Below, one piece after another: positions 24,065 through 34,464 of a stretch of 64,000 nt of DNA. The stretch covers positions 3,534,001-3,598,000 of the forward strand of contig NW_027596099.1 of assembly GCF_964194155.1 (NCBI RefSeq). Direction: 5' to 3'. The notes under the pieces were generated by a model that was not told where the DNA came from, did no database searches, and was given only the letters and a program-made list of their open reading frames with translations. Both the position numbers and the translations under genes were made by a program. This DNA comes from Cetorhinus maximus. Its lineage: Eukaryota. Numbering within the stretch: position 1 is the stretch's first letter; the number at the start of each line of letters is the position of its first letter.

Positions 24065-25125
24065 CAGGATATATCTTACCACAATCTCCTCTTCTCCTGC
24101 ATTGTCTTGCGGATTCCTGGTGACAATGCCTGTGTCCTTATGATGGTGATGATATGTAGGATGCAGCAGAACACTATGAACATGACCACCAGCTCCAGCG
24201 TGTACTGGAGGGAACACTCTGAACGGCTCAGGAAGCAGAAGCTTTTCTTTCCCACTTTGGCATTCTTATCAACAATGCTCGATGCGACTCCATTGCTCTT
24301 GGATTGAGATGTTATGTTCTCCTGCTTGGTTGGAGGTTGGGAATGGCGAAGGTGTGTTTTTTATTTGATCCACGCTCCGACGGAGCAGCCTTCAACTCCG
24401 AAAAGCTACTGGGTGGTTCTCTATGGAGCTACGAAGATGCTGGAACCGTCCGAGTGCTTCATAATGAAGCTATTGCGGCTCTAGTCAGGACATTGGATAT
24501 TCACCAACATGATGTACTGTGCATAGACATACATCAACTGGACATCAAGGCAGTGAGAATTCTTTGAGAGCCTTTAACCCTTTCGTTCTAATCGGGACAC
24601 GGCAGAATCACGTACGCCATCGGGAATCCCTCTGCCCTGGGAAACTATAGGATCGATCATTCTGCTTCTCACCGTTGAGTGAGCAACAGTACAAACGTGT
24701 CACACAGCATAGATGTTCTCTATCAGCTAGTGAATACACAGTTAGACAATATACAGGGAGATAATGAATATATCACCTGCCCCTGCCTGGAATCTTCCGA
24801 ATCGATCGAGGTTTCAATGACCCTGTAAACATAGTGTCCAAAGGCAGCACCTCCCTCACCCTGGTGTGCGGCCCCAGACCTGCTAAAGGAGGTGACACGT
24901 CTCTGTAACACCTAATTGTTCTGTCAGAGTTATATCCGTCTCTGCACATGTTTTAGGTGTAGGTTTGTAAAGTGTTGCTGACAATCCAGGGGTGCTAAGG
25001 GCAGAGCAACCCCCCTCCCTCCCAAATGTTAACAGGCGTTCCCTTCCCTCCTCACTCCGATCCTTTCACCAGTCATGGTACAGGTCCAGATGCACTGTAA
25101 CTACAGCCCCAAAACCTCTTCCATT
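24065..25125 (-). mobile_element. PIF/Harbinger DNA transposon transposase (HARBI1-like) remnant in GPCR copy 1 intron
   Basis: Minus strand frames (read mainly in the B paralog) give GRFQAGAGDI..ISQ, HCIDVQLM...PDKSHNSFI and KSFCFLSRSECSLQHTLEQVVIFIVFCCILH, matching Harbinger GSFQ..GD..ISQ, HSLNVQLV..PGS.HD.FI and KxRFRCLDRSGGxLQY..VVCCxLHN. Many stops. Confidence 0.8.
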
Positions 25126-26008
25126 GATGGGCCTATAAATCCTATTTCCTCTCTCAATGTATGCAGCCCCTCACAGCACAACACCCTGAAAACCATCTAC
25201 AGCACCAAAATGGACTTCGCAATAACAGAAGTCACTCAAACGCCCTTCGGCTGACAGTTAGATGTCTGGCCCGTTTCAGTTAAACTGGAGAGGGTGCCGT
25301 GTGTTGTTTAATAAACATTTAGCTGAGACTGATTAAAACAGGCTCTCGGTGGACAGGTACACACAGTGTTTCAAAGGCATGTCAAACATGCTGAAAACCC
25401 CTGCACAACATGGGGCACCATGTGTGAGTTTCAGGACATGGGATTGATTGGAGAAGTGAGATTAAAGCCTGATCAAATAACAGGATTTGGAATATTGAAA
25501 TTGACGGGCTGAATGACCTGGAAGCAATGTTGGCCCTTGAGCGCAGGGATAATGGTGGAATGAGAGTTGGCATGGGTTAGTTTACAGAAATCAGAGTTTT
25601 CTATGCGTTCTGTTTAAAGAAGTTTTGTAACTGCAATTGTCTGGCCAGATTAACATTTTAATAGCCGAGTCTGGCTTTGACAAATGCACAGCTGAGGGAC
25701 CTTTAGGGTGTTGTGCTGATGCAGCGTGGATAGTGGTCCAGGTTAAAAAGCTGGTAGAAGACAGGCTTAAGGATGGAAGGTGTAAGGGCACAGAATTCAG
25801 CTGAGGGCCAAATGGAGCGTGGCGGTCGAAGACAATATGGTTCAGGCTTAGATAGTGGCGCGGTAGGTGGGTGTAGCGACTGGATAGGGAACGATCATTA
25901 AAACGGGAACAGTAGCAAATGAATTCCACCTTCCTTAAATGTAAAAGACAGTAACAGTAATGCAGTCAATCTGGTTTAAAGAACAGATTGTTGCATATAG
26001 GTTCTTAC

Positions 26009-26183
26009 CGGTGACACCAAAAAGAGCCAGGATGGGAAAGTAACCCACTTGAATTACCGAAATTACACCCTCGATCCTCTCAGCTAATGATATCCGATCT
26101 TGAGAAAGATAGTAAAGCCCGGAGGATAAACTCCTTTCCATTTTTGTAAAATTCCAAGATTTTGTTCTAAGATTCTGATTCAT
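26009..26183 (-). CDS. GPR139-like: Class A orphan GPCR (GPR139/GPR142-like) copy 1, exon 1 (N-terminus, most of TM1)
   Basis: ATG at 26183 (A at -3), MNQNLRTKSWNFT... with an N-glycosylation sequon, YFPILALFGVT, donor G|GTAAGA at 26008. The phase-1 join to exon 2 gives GVTVNLVTIVIL; total 1053 nt = 350 aa + stop. Confidence 0.88.
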
Positions 26184-26317
26184 TGTTGTCACGTTCCGAT
26201 CTATTATTCTCAGATTCTGGTATTTTCTCTCCCACTCTCAAGAGTCGTTAATCCTTGCGAGTGCCGAATGCCACCTTCCCCCTGACATTAGGGAACCGCA
26301 CTTTGAAACGAGCCCCG

Positions 26318-26380
26318 TATAAATAGCAGAGTGAAACCCTCCTGTGACACAATTAGGATCCAGGGAGATTGAAATTAATT
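26318..26380 (-). promoter_or_regulatory. Putative GPCR core promoter: TATTTATA plus homeodomain-type TAATTG/AATTAATT sites; paralog 51372-51434
   Basis: TATA-like box ~135 nt upstream of the ATG, with CTAATTG (26356-26350) and AATTAATT (26373-26380); all retained in copy 2. Confidence 0.4.
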
Positions 26381-26659
26381 CCAGAGACTGAACAAACGGT
26401 TCAGTTAACGCGTTGCTATCCAACAATTTTTGTATCACAACATGGTAGAACATTTTCCTGGCCTGGACAGGATGTATGTGGATCGCCAAGGGAAGGAAGG
26501 CTGCGAATTGAGGTTTGACTGACCATGACATGTAAAAGCACCTTGGAGTGATATTCGAGGACGGGAGGATTGTAAGTGTTCTACGTTGTTTATAAAAGCC
26601 GATTACAAAGCAGAATGGAACCTGGATTGATGGCCTATTTTAAGAAATCATTTATTTTT

Positions 26660-28590
26660 AAAGCCTGGGATCCCTTACTGAAATAAGTTCACAGGAGTCT
26701 GATATGGTTTGCAAGACTCGCAAAAAATTTATAATTCATCATGGTCAAAATACAGCAGGCAACCAAACGTTTGGTAAGTTTTCATTACGGAGACCACGAA
26801 ATAAGTGGCAGAAACTCACGCTGCCCCTTTCATCCTACTAATGCCCTTATTAACCCAGGACACCAGCGACCAGGCACCATTATTTCTGGACCAAGGATAA
26901 AGATAGATCATTGGTAAAGAATTGATTTTCCAGTGGTCTTCTGAACATTCAATGGAAGCATTTGCACAATTGGCATCTCCCTTCAGATATCCAGAACGCT
27001 CAATCTAAATTCACCTCTCCTTTAGTGTTAGAGAATTATCCAAGAGTTCCTTAACAATCTGGCATCATGCCCAGTTGCAGAGAGACTGAGGCCTTTTCGT
27101 CGGGTCCTGACTCGTTGGCACGCTGATACCAACTGAAACTACAAGTTGATAGACTCCTTGTCTTTATGTATCTGTGCATCTCCCCCTGATCACCAGTTGA
27201 AAGTCAACAATGCAGTTTTATTTCCTACTTCTTGTTTTAGTTTTAACTTGCCTAAATCACCAATAACTTTGGGAGACAATCTCTTCATTTCAAGATTCGT
27301 AAAGCATTCATTAAAATGTATATATTCAAACAGTGCCCCAGGCTGGCCCGCTGAATGTCACAAAATCCCAAACTGAAAACATACCCGGGCTTCACATTTC
27401 AAATACAATTGTAGCTTGCCTAAAATTACATCTAGTTCCCATCACTTACCCCGCAAAATCAAGAAGAATAGAAAGGGTAACTTTAAGAGGCATTTTCATT
27501 TCATGTTAGCATCTCCTCTAATCACTAAATATATCTTATCTTCCAGCTTTTACTATAGCTGTAACAATGTACTTACAGCAAATGTGCAAGTCTTTTCCAT
27601 TAGAATCATATTCTATACAAGTCCATTTTAATCAAGGCGTTCTTCGTCCTCCATATTTGCTCTTGATAAAGCATCTGCTGTTACATTGTAACTTCCAGAG
27701 TTATGGCTGAGTTTTAAGTGGTAATTGATGCCCTTAAAATCCACCAAAATGGTATCAGCTTCTAGGAAGGATAATGGATTCTGGTCGTTATAAAATGATA
27801 ATTTCAGCAGAATTGTTCGATGAGTAGACTTCAACATGTTGTGCAGCCAGCACTATATTTAGATTATCCTTCTCACTTCTGAGTATTTAATCTGGTAAAA
27901 AAAAATATTTCCAGTAACGGTTCAGACTCGCCGTTCAATTCCCGTTTCGTCGCCCTGTGGTAAAATTGTTCCATTATTCACTAGCATCAAAAGCCAGTTT
28001 AAAAGGATTCACACACTTTGATGCTGCTAAAGCTGGTGGAGTGGTGAGTACAGCATTCAAGCTGCCAAAGGCACTTAGAACATCGTTTGTCCATTGAAAT
28101 CTTTTTGCTTTTCTATACCGAGGTTGCCAGGGGAACCACTACCGTGCTGAAATTCAGGACAAACATCCGATAAAATCCACGTATGCCAATAGACTATAAC
28201 AGCTCTCCATTAGTCTTAAGCACTGTCAATCCTAGATAACCCCTATGTTTGCTTTTCTGGAGATCACTTTGCCTTTTCATCACAGTTTGTCCAAAATCAA
28301 TCACTTTCGTTTTGGAAAATTGACTTTATGCAAAGTTTAGGACTAAATTGTGTTTTTGTAAACGACCAAACATACCATTCAATTGTTGTAAATGTCCCCC
28401 CTAAGCTCAGCTGAACACAACTAACTTCTCAATATACATATAACCCAGTTAAATAATCCTTCAATAACGCTGTTGCCTAACCATTAAAATGCTACTGCTG
28501 CGTTCTGCATTCCGAAAGGCATGACATTACGTTGAAAAAGCCCATTCGTGGTTACCAAATCTGATATTCATTTGGCCATTTCAGTGGACC
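26660..28590 (-). mobile_element. Gypsy LTR retrotransposon remnant: RT-RNase H (27630-28590), then 3'UTR/PPT and putative LTR starting ~27444
   Basis: GLFQRNVMPFGMQNAA..F, YIEKLVVFS (degenerate YIDD), DQNPLSFL...GSYNVTADALSR (ORF 27628..27837). LTR limits uncertain. Confidence 0.75.
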
Positions 28591-29149
28591 AGTTAAGCCA
28601 AACGTCAGATTGAAACCAGAGAGCGACCAACTCAGAATTAAACAACTTCACTTCTTGTAGTCACTTGTCAGGAACAGGAATAACTGCAAGGTTTGTATAG
28701 AAGTTTTTCTGAGCCATATCAACAGGAAGTTGCATTGTTAGTGTGAAGCAGTCGTGCTGTAGTTACTCTCCCTGTATTATGCTCTGAAGTGATATTTCCC
28801 GCCTTTTTCCAATCATATACCCGCGGGAACACCCTGGGGTCATTGACGTTCTGCCATAGTTAACTAGGGGAAAAAATGAAAAACAGATATTGAAATGTGT
28901 TAAATCCCGGTTGTGGAATACTTGCTATTTTTTAGAGTGTCTCTCTCAGTGCTGTTCGACTGACACTGGGTAATAGTTGTTTTCTATAAATGTGGATATT
29001 AAGTTTAGCGTTTCGCAGGGGCTAGGAATTGTAACACAGAACTAGAGATCTATGAACATCAGCAACTGATTCCACATGTCAGTATAATGGAGATTTGAAA
29101 ACTAACCGATCAACTCAAATTACTCCATTATCTCCACTAACAAGTACTC

Positions 29150-29960
29150 TTTGCCGCTTCAATACAGAGCTCAAATTCAAAGCAGCTCCTCGCACCGATA
29201 CAGGATCTTCAGCTGCAACAGTCAGTCTAACTAAGGAAAACTGATATCAGAATTCTAAGATGGACCCTGAAGCCAATATAGACGTTCCAAGCAATGAGAT
29301 TCTTCACCTGATGCATACCTTCCCCGCCAATTAAACCCACCAGCGCTGACAAACACATCCAACCGATAGAGAATGAACGACTGAAATAGACACTCTACCC
29401 GATATGGGGCCTCCAAGAGGTACAACTCCTTTAATCGATCCAGGCCTTCCAATTTATAAGGCCCTCCAATCGGTAGAGACCTTCAACTGATGCAATACCG
29501 TCCCCTGAGCCAAGAAAGGTCCTCCAGCCAATGAAGGTTCTCCAGCCAATACAGGTCATCCAGTCAATACAGATCCTCCAGCAAATAATGGTCCTCCAGC
29601 CAATGCAGGTCGTCCAACTGCTACAAACCCTCAAATAGATAAATACTTTCCACCGGACTCAGGCGCTCAATCCGACATGATTTTCTAACTGATATTAGCC
29701 CTCTAACAGTTGCAGATCCTCCAACTGAAATAAACCACGCCCAAAACATTACCGGTTTCAGACGAGAAATATCGAGACAGACACTTGCACAGATATTGTC
29801 GCTCAAGCTGATGCGGCCCCTCCAAGTGAACATCTATCACAAAACAGCACAAGTCTAATAACAGCTCCCCTGAAATTAATAGAGTTCACAGACTAGTCCT
29901 GAACTTAGTACAAACACTCAAATTAACAAGAGAACTCAAACTGAACTCCAAGATGATCAA
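29150..29960 (+). repeat. 18-bp periodic region (core 29503-29620, ~6.5 units tcctccagccaatacagg); paralog ~54225-55085 with ~8.5 core units
   Basis: Core translates GPPANE GSPANT GHPVNT DPPANN GPPANA GRPT; weaker periodicity extends on both sides. Confidence 0.8.
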
Positions 29961-30039
29961 AATTGTTAAGTTTTCGGGGTCAATGCTGAGAGGTTCACTC
30001 CTGCGTTGGATTTCTCATTTTATTCAATTCATGGCTTTG

Positions 30040-30542
30040 TGTGAGTAAGGAAATAGAGGCCATTCGAGCCTTAGAGCCTGTTCTGCCATTGAACCAGCTC
30101 AATACAAATATTCTGCCTGAAAACTCTTGTCCTGCCCTGTCCCCATATCCAACCTTGCACTTAGTATCACAAGATCTATCGAAACCAGCCTTGAATATAC
30201 TCAATGACTGATCATCCACAGTCCCTAGGATAAAAAATTTCAAGGAATCTCAACCCTCGGAGTGAACAAATTTCTCCTAAACTCACACTCGGAATTACCG
30301 ACCCCTTACCCGAGACATAGACCTCTAGTTATAAACTCTCCAGTCGAGGGAAACAGCCACACACCATCTACACTGGCAAATACATTAAGAATGTTATACG
30401 TTTCACTGAGGTCACCACTCACTCTTCGAAGTTCCAGAATAAAACCGCCGATTTTACTCAACCTCTCCTCATGGAAGCTCCTGCTCGTAACAAATCTATT
30501 GAAAATTGTTGCATCCTCTCAAAGGGGCGTATCTGCTTCCTT
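30040..30542 (-). mobile_element. CR1 LINE 3' end fragment; paralog ~55165-55664
   Basis: aggccattcgagcc..gagcctgttctgccatt and agccttgaatatactcaatgac are the reverse complement of the CR1 3'UTR/ORF2 end. Confidence 0.75.
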
Positions 30543-31499
30543 TGTCACGGAGGCTGATAAATTTCACCGTCGACCCAGCAATTCTCCGGGACTGAGTGTG
30601 GAGAGAGCAGCAGGATGACTGATGGAAACCGACCCCATGCACTCGCTTCTCAATGCACACGTTTATTCACAAAAGTGAACATTTCAAACAGATCTAATAC
30701 AAACTTTAACCCTGAATTCCCCTGTGTCATTCACTGGGATTGAGGAAACCGTATATGGGGCTGCGGACGTGCTGAGCTTGGTGCAGAGCGAGGAGAGTTG
30801 CAGGGTTCATCATGGAAAATATCCCTCACATTTGACGCCGGTCTCCCCGGCAACTCAGGCCCCCTCTCGCTGCTCACATTTCGTGGGCATCTCAGCCAAT
30901 GTCCATACATTGGAAGTCATTGTCCCCGAAGGCAGAGTTACACTTGGGGCACTTGCGCTGCAACAGGTCGGTGCGGATTCTTGATTTATTCAAAACACAA
31001 GACTTGGAACCACTTGGTCAGCGCGATGTCCTTTCTCTCATTTCCACAGCAGGCAGTAGCCTGAAGTTGAGAGACGGGAGTTAGAATAACACAGAGTGAT
31101 GTTTCCCAGGCAGCTTCTCATCCTCTCAAAACAAGGTTGTCCCAGATAATATGCCCCCGCCCCATCGGAAATAGGTCAATAATTTGGAAAATGGACCGTT
31201 TCAGCCTCGCCCAAACCCGAGGACATTACATTCACCTTTCTACGTAATAACCCCAGGAAAATGGACGGAGAGTAGCCCGTCCCAAATATCAATTTATAAA
31301 ATGGAAATGAGGGTCCCCATTAAATTGTTACCAACCCACCGACCCCATAATCGACTCATGTAGCCATGTAACACTCCTCTCACTAAGACACTGTCCGAGA
31401 CCAAATCCCTCCTCTTCCAGAGTTCATATTCAAACGTGTAATCCAAGTTTGAAATGGGCACAGGAAAGTATTTTTTTCCATAAGGGAATGAAGCGGTCA
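30543..31499 (-). mobile_element. Putative solo LTR-like element; paralog 55665-56619
   Basis: Abruptly interrupts the CR1 with TGTCACGG (..CCGTGACA on minus). AATAAA on minus at 30667-30662; purine tract AGGGGAGGGAGG just upstream of TG at 31499. Confidence 0.35.
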
Positions 31500-31649
31500 T
31501 GCCTCCCTCCCCTGTGATCCCTTGATATGGACTGATTTATCATTCCATCCCTTACCCTGGAATATCGGGAGACCTCTCTCCAACCGCTAGGTAAATTAAC
31601 CATTCAACACATCCTGGTCTATGGACCAATCGTGATCTGTTGCACTGAA

Positions 31650-32560
31650 AAATGAATGACAGCATCTACCAAAACGCAGATGCATCCTATTCCACCATAC
31701 CATTCCAACCGATCTCTCCACAATTACAATCACGCTCCCAATTCACCCATTGCCGTAATGCCCTCTCTCCACATCCCTCTAAACCATTGCAATTATCCTC
31801 CACCAGTCCACACTACATTTCCCATTCCGCCATTTCAGTGCCCTCCCAATTCTCACATCCCCAACATAACCCCTCCCGCTTTTCCATTCCCTGATAACAA
31901 TTACTCTGACTAGCCCCAACCCATTCTAATCGACCTAATTCTCAAACTTTGTTTTCCCCCTCCCCACTCCAACGCCCCACCTTAACCGCATTCCTGCTCA
32001 CAACACTTCCGTTTCCCCCTCCCCACCTCCTTCGCCCATCCACACTTACTTATTCAACCTTCTCCCATCCTTTCTCAACATTACACCTTACTACATTCCC
32101 AATTCCCCTGCTGCGATTCTTTTCCATTCCAACCTCCAATATCTCTACCACGCCCCTCATCCCCTCTTCAGTCAAACACCCCAGTCAACCAATTGATTTT
32201 CCTCTGCTATTCCCCTGACCATTCCTATTTTCCCTCCCTCTTCCCAAACTTCCCGCCTGACATCTTTCCTACCCTTTGTATTGGGCCTTTCTCCTATTCA
32301 ACTTTTCCCAGTGTCACGCCCCCGCCCTCGATTGATCATCACCATTCTCCTCCCATTTTCATCCTCCCAATTAAACTTTTCCTATTCTGCCACTTCAAAA
32401 CTCCTCCCCCATTCTCCCATTCATTATCCTCATTCCTCAACTCCCCATTCTCCTTCTTCATTTCTCCCTTCCCATCCCCCTTCATCAATTATCCCTTCCC
32501 TTTAACTCTCCTGTTCCCCACCCCGCTTCCTCCCTTCTCCATCATCTCACTTTCCAGTTG
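31650..32560. repeat. G-poor pyrimidine-rich low-complexity tract; paralog ~56770-57680
   Basis: Direct reading; produces P/S/F-rich spurious ORFs. Confidence 0.8.
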
Positions 32561-32864
32561 TTGTTCGGCCATGGGTTCTGGGCAATGCTCATTAGGCAGC
32601 ATTTAATGCTCGTCCTTAATTGCCCCTGAGAGTGGCTTCTGCGCTGCATCCTTGAACCGCTGCATTAAATGTTTTGAAGGTGTACACATGTGGCAAAGAG
32701 ACACAGATATCGAGACACTGAGGCAGACAATTGCAGGCAGCAGCGGGTCATGCTAAATAGATGGAAGTGAGGACAGGCACTGCTGATGCTATTGACTGGA
32801 ATGGTTCCAGGTCAGAGAGACTTGAGTCACGTGGATTGTTTTAAGAAACCGGCACTGTTACCCT

Positions 32865-33270
32865 TATAGAAAAGAAGGTGAGTGGATTTGAAAGAGGTGT
32901 TTAAAATCATGACATTTTTCGATCAGAGGAGATGGAGAGAAAATAATCCCATTTCGGAGGAAGCGAGAACCATACGAGAGCAAATTATGTTTGCAGCCAA
33001 AAAAGAAAAAGAAAATCGGAAGTGAGAAGAGGAAAAACATTTTTAATTCAGCGAGTGGTTAGTGTATATAAAGCAATGTTGCACATATGATGGAGGGAGT
33101 TTTGATCATAGTTTTCAAGAGGCAATTGGTCTTGAGCTTGAAATGGGAATATTTACTGGGCTACAGGGGAAGGGCGGAGGACGGGGACCAGATGAATACC
33201 ATTTGCAGGCAAGCAAAACAGGTGTGAAGAGCTGAATGTCCTCCATTCGCCCCGTAAACATTCCATGATT
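32865..33270 (+). mobile_element. CR1 LINE 3' end fragment (truncated at 58077 in unit B)
   Basis: gaggtgtttaaaatcatga...aacatttttaattcagcgagtggtt...gctgaatgtcctcc...ttccatgatt: CR1 terminal pattern. Confidence 0.7.
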
Positions 33271-34464
33271 TACACAGATTATCTTGCCAGTCACAAAACC
33301 TTTTACACATTCTGCCATTGACAGTAGCTGCCTTTCAGCTTCATACCCGTGCGCTTTTGCTTCAAATGTGAAGGTGTCTCTCGCTCTACTCCCTTTTTAG
33401 ACGGTGAGTTCCAAACCCGGACCAGCCTCTGGGTGAAAAACAGTCTCAATTTCAGTGCAAATTTTCCAAAAGTTTCATTGAATCAAAATATCTGGATCAG
33501 TGGGTACAGGATATAAAACCTTCTCCACAACATCCCATTTGCCTCTGACTGCATTTCTGGACCCATGGATACAGGATTGAAGTCCATCTCCAACCGTAGC
33601 TGGTGACTACAGACTGGAAACCTGGTTCAGTGGCTACAGTATTGACTTTCAACTCCACAACATCCCAGGTTCCCCAGGATGGAGATCTAGATAGGTGGAT
33701 ACAGCATTCAAATCCTCCTCCAACACTTCCCTGTTCCTACAGACTGGAGATCTGTATCAGTGTACACAGGATTTAAATTCATCTCCAAAATATAATTGTT
33801 CCTGTAGGCTGGAGATCTGGATCAGGGGATACAGAATTTAAATTCATCTCCAAAATATCCATCTTACTTTAGGCTGGAGATTTGAATCAGGGGATACAGG
33901 ATTCTGCCAATCAACTACAATACGGGATTTCATTATCTTTAAAAGGATGCGCCAATGGATAATTCATCCTGTTATTCCAGTTAACTTCCAAAAGGATAAA
34001 AGGGGTCTGTAGCTCAACGGCATTGCTTTTCTGCTCCTCTACGGTCCCAATGTCTCAGGCGGCGGCCAAAGGATCAATTTCAATTCTCAAAAAAAGTTCG
34101 TAGGCAATGAGAAGCATATATCCAAGAGAAAAATCTAACTTTATTCCCCTCATCGACTCTTTACATTCATTAGAACGTACATGGAAACGAAATTGATATA
34201 TTACTGTGAACGACACCGAGGGTGACTTCTTCCAATTCCCATTTGAGGGCAAAGTGAGGTACTATTTCCCAAACCCACATTAACCCTTACTCTGCCGAAA
34301 ACCTTTAAAACCTACCATCCTCCCTTCCATCTGAGTATAATTATTTAAAATATATCTTTGTTTGCTACCTTTCTCCGACACCAGCACCACAGCCCCGCAA
34401 CAACCCCCCACCCAACCCCCAATCCCTCTCACACCACCCCCACCCTCGCACACCCGGCCAGCGC

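Larger units (their letters stand above)
3030..33489. repeat. Tandem segmental duplication unit A (~30.5 kb, most complete copy)
   Basis: Collinear matches: 3032~33490, 7255~34261, 22086~47154, 5821~58081. Confidence 0.9.

Noticed and set aside
25935-26008. Read-through of GPCR exon 1 as a stand-alone 85-90 aa protein (GKNLYATICSL resembles the TM1 end)
   Set aside because: A strong GTAAGA donor gives an exact in-frame join to exon 2; the tail is intron and ends differently in the two copies.
22086-26183. Calling this the GPR139 ortholog
   Set aside because: Motifs are family-level only and the tandem multi-copy context indicates a lineage-specific paralog.
29431-29634. Minus-strand W/C-rich repeat ORF (CIGWRT)n
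   Set aside because: Antisense reading of the 18-bp repeat; no independent support.
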